Assembly: GCA_030141605.1 (NCBI GenBank)
Contig: JAQGDQ010000243.1
Coordinates: 186,001 to 250,000, forward strand
Source of the DNA: Tubiluchus corallicola
Lineage: Eukaryota > Animalia > Priapulida
Length of the DNA: 64,000 nt
Reading direction: 5' to 3'
The translations under genes were made by a program, and so were the position numbers. Shown one piece after another: positions 62,001-64,000 of this stretch (position 1 is the stretch's first letter; every line of letters begins with the position of its first letter). The notes under the pieces were generated by a model. That model saw nothing but the letters and a program-made list of their open reading frames with translations. It made no database searches and had not been told where the DNA came from.

Positions 62001-64000
62001 AAGTCTTCAGATTGATGGTTTGTTACACTAGTTATATGTTTGCTGCATTTTAATGAATAATGAATAGCAACACTGTTCATTTTATTTGGACCACAGTTAA
62101 GTAATTCAGTTGACTTGTTCCAAAATTCCTGCATCATGATGAAAAACACGTGATCTGTGTTACTGTGGCTAGATGTGTGGAGTTGTCTTCCGGATGTTTG
62201 TTTTCCTGTTTCTACTCCATTCATGCATTCTCCGCAAATATTTATAGATTGATGATTTGTTACACTAGTTATATATTTGTTGCATTTTATTTGAACCACA
62301 GTTCAGTAATTCAATTGACTTGTTCCAAAACTCCTGCGTCACGATGAAAAACAGTCACTTTGTGAATAACGTTGACAATTGTAGATGTTTTGCAGTGCCA
62401 AATTTCACTAGGTGATCTATTACTGTGGCTAGATGTGTGGAATTGTCTTCCGCATGTTTGTTTTCCTGTGCTTCTACTCCATTCACGCATTCTCCGCAAA
62501 ATTTATGGAGCTGAACAAGTGTTGCTGTTATGTTATGTTATGTTATGTTACATATAACTTTATAACTTTGTAAATTTAAATTTGCTTTTTTTTTCTTTTA
62601 GCTACTCTGTGTCATGATCCAGATGTGCTAAACGAAATCTTACAATTGTCGCAGCAGGAATGGCTGAAATATGAAGTTCCGAAGCTGTCGGCAAGTGAAC
62701 GATTGAAAGTTAACTGTAAAATGGTTGGCCTCAAATTTTACCGATCCACGCCTGCAGATGGCAACTGTTTCTTCCATGCAGTAGCTGATGAACTCAATTT
62801 ATTAAAACTGCCTAATAAAACTACTGCATACAGATTACGCTTACAGCTAGTAGAATTTCTCTGCCAGAATCCCACACTTCAGGTATGTGTCATACCTGCA
62901 CAAATTGAACTGTGGTATTGTTTGTAAGGGGCTTCATAGTTTTAACCCAAAAACTTGAGTAAGTATACTCTTGACTCTACTCAGTTGTGTGGATAGAGTG
63001 CCACATTTTCAGGTGCATCAAGTTTCCTACTATATTACACTTTTTTGATGCTTATTTTTTTCTTTCCATACTCCTAGTTTTTAACTTTACTCACTAACCG
63101 TGGTCAAATTCCCCTGTTAATAAGACTACTACATATAATAATCCTAATTACTGAATAATTGTATTGTATTGTTTAGATTTAGGTATCTAACTTTATTATT
63201 TTTTGTTTCCAGTTCTTTTTGAATAATTTGTATCATTTATACTGTTTTTATTATTATTATTTTATTATTTGTTTTTGTTTTTGTTATCTGCAGCATCAAC
63301 GTTAATTTCTAATATACTAACCTATTTATAAGAAAGGGCAGGAGACTAGATGACTCTATGGTCCTTCCCTGCCCTGCTCCATGATTATAATTACTTAATA
63401 TTTAAAAAACTTTTGATGTTAAACTAATTGGAGAAAATAAATGTTCTATGTCTATGTCTATGTCTACTGCGTATTTTGGGGCCAGATGCACTAAAGTTCT
63501 TATGAACAATTTTCCGTGTAAGTTTATGTGTATGAATATTCTTACACTGCCCTTCCATTGGAGCGTCAGGCCAATTAAAGTGCCTAATTGGCCATTGTGA
63601 GGTGGACTCACGCTGTTGATTGGCATTTCCCAATTAGTATATTAACTGTAATGAGTTTGCATGCTGTGATTACATTATGACTAATCATAAAAAACAGAAT
63701 GAAACTTTAAAGTGAACCATCGTCAGTGTAGTAGGTGCTCATTTTGCTCAGTCTGTACACAAAATAACTACTATTCACTATAGACAGTTGTTTTTATTGC
63801 TTGCAGGGTCCAGACGGTGATATCTGTCTCAGTTCTTCTGTAGAAGATGATAACTGGGAACATTATTTAGCCAGAATGAAGCATTCCGGAGAATGGGCTG
63901 ATGCAGTTGCAGTAGTTGGTATGGCTCATATGCTGAAACACGACATACTAATTGTTACCAGTGCCCCATCCTCAACTGCAGAAGACTCTCCCATTGTGTG
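59050..64000 (+). CDS. Tandem [UIM-like + OTU] deubiquitinase-domain protein (partial, runs off the window)
   Basis: Exons 59050-59065 (MALET, tentative), 60600-60865, 61726-62017, 62602-62882, 63807->64000, all with matching phases. OTU motifs: TPADGNCFFHAV, W..Y...M...GEWAD, LLGH...NHYQSL. Confidence 0.88.
59945..60522. repeat. 57-bp minisatellite, ~10 copies, just upstream of OTU exon 60600
   Basis: Gives the 19-aa periodic ORF at 60007-60612. Confidence 0.95.
60600..60865 (+). CDS. OTU module 1 exon A (UIM-like DDLDRILQESQLEY; Cys-loop TPEDDDSFFHAV)
   Basis: tttAG acceptor; AAG|GTAAGT donor; phase 1/0. Confidence 0.88.
61726..62017 (+). CDS. OTU module 1 exon B (EWADSVV...LLGHIFANHYQSL)
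   Basis: tttttAG acceptor; G|GTTTGT donor; phase 0/1. Confidence 0.9.
62010..62506 (+). repeat. Diverged ~237-bp tandem duplication starting at the exon B1 donor
   Basis: gattgatg|gtttgttacactag at 62010 versus gattgatg|atttgttacactag at 62247. Confidence 0.8.
62602..62882 (+). CDS. OTU module 2 exon A (UIM-like DVLNEILQLSQQEW; intact TPADGNCFFHAV)
   Basis: Long T tract plus AG; CAG|GTATGT donor; phase 1/0. Confidence 0.92.
63030..63465 (+). mobile_element. LINE 3' UTR with stem-loop and (CTATGT)n tail, same family as 11630-12068
   Basis: Near-identical sequence over about 430 bp. Confidence 0.82.
63807..64000 (+). CDS. OTU module 2 exon B (GPDGDICL...WEHYLARMKHSGEWADAVAVVGMAHML...), truncated by the window end
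   Basis: ttgcAG acceptor; clearly paralogous to 61726-62017. Confidence 0.92.

Overview
AT-rich, intron-containing animal (probably invertebrate) genomic DNA with three spliced protein-coding genes. (1) A + strand gene (~983-29806, 15 confident phase-compatible GT-AG exons, ~552 aa, plus 2 possible extra exons) encodes a coiled-coil protein with six (Y)DP[WF]G[RK]PG[AG]GAP-type motifs like the one in CSPP1/CCDC66-type ciliary microtubule proteins. (2) A - strand PAQR / membrane progestin receptor-like gene (coding exons 43071-42978 and 37943-37048, ~329 aa). (3) A + strand gene starting ~59050 and running off the window end, built from tandem two-exon [UIM-like helix + OTU deubiquitinase] modules; module 1 has lost its catalytic Cys (DDDS) and module 2 keeps it (DGNC). 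Introns and intergenic DNA are full of non-LTR retrotransposon 3' fragments, several MITE families (Kolobok/T2-like TTAA, hAT with 8-bp TSDs, a TGT..ACA element with 5-bp TSD), tRNA-derived SINE heads and minisatellites. The most notable oddities are: a minisatellite made of ~19 copies of a real 5' splice site; swapped 8-bp TSDs on two inverted hAT MITEs, implying a ~10 kb inversion; an intronic antisense copy of two putative exons with a disabled donor; and a covarying two-stem RNA motif shared by diverged LINE tails. All exon models were read by hand and have no transcript support here.
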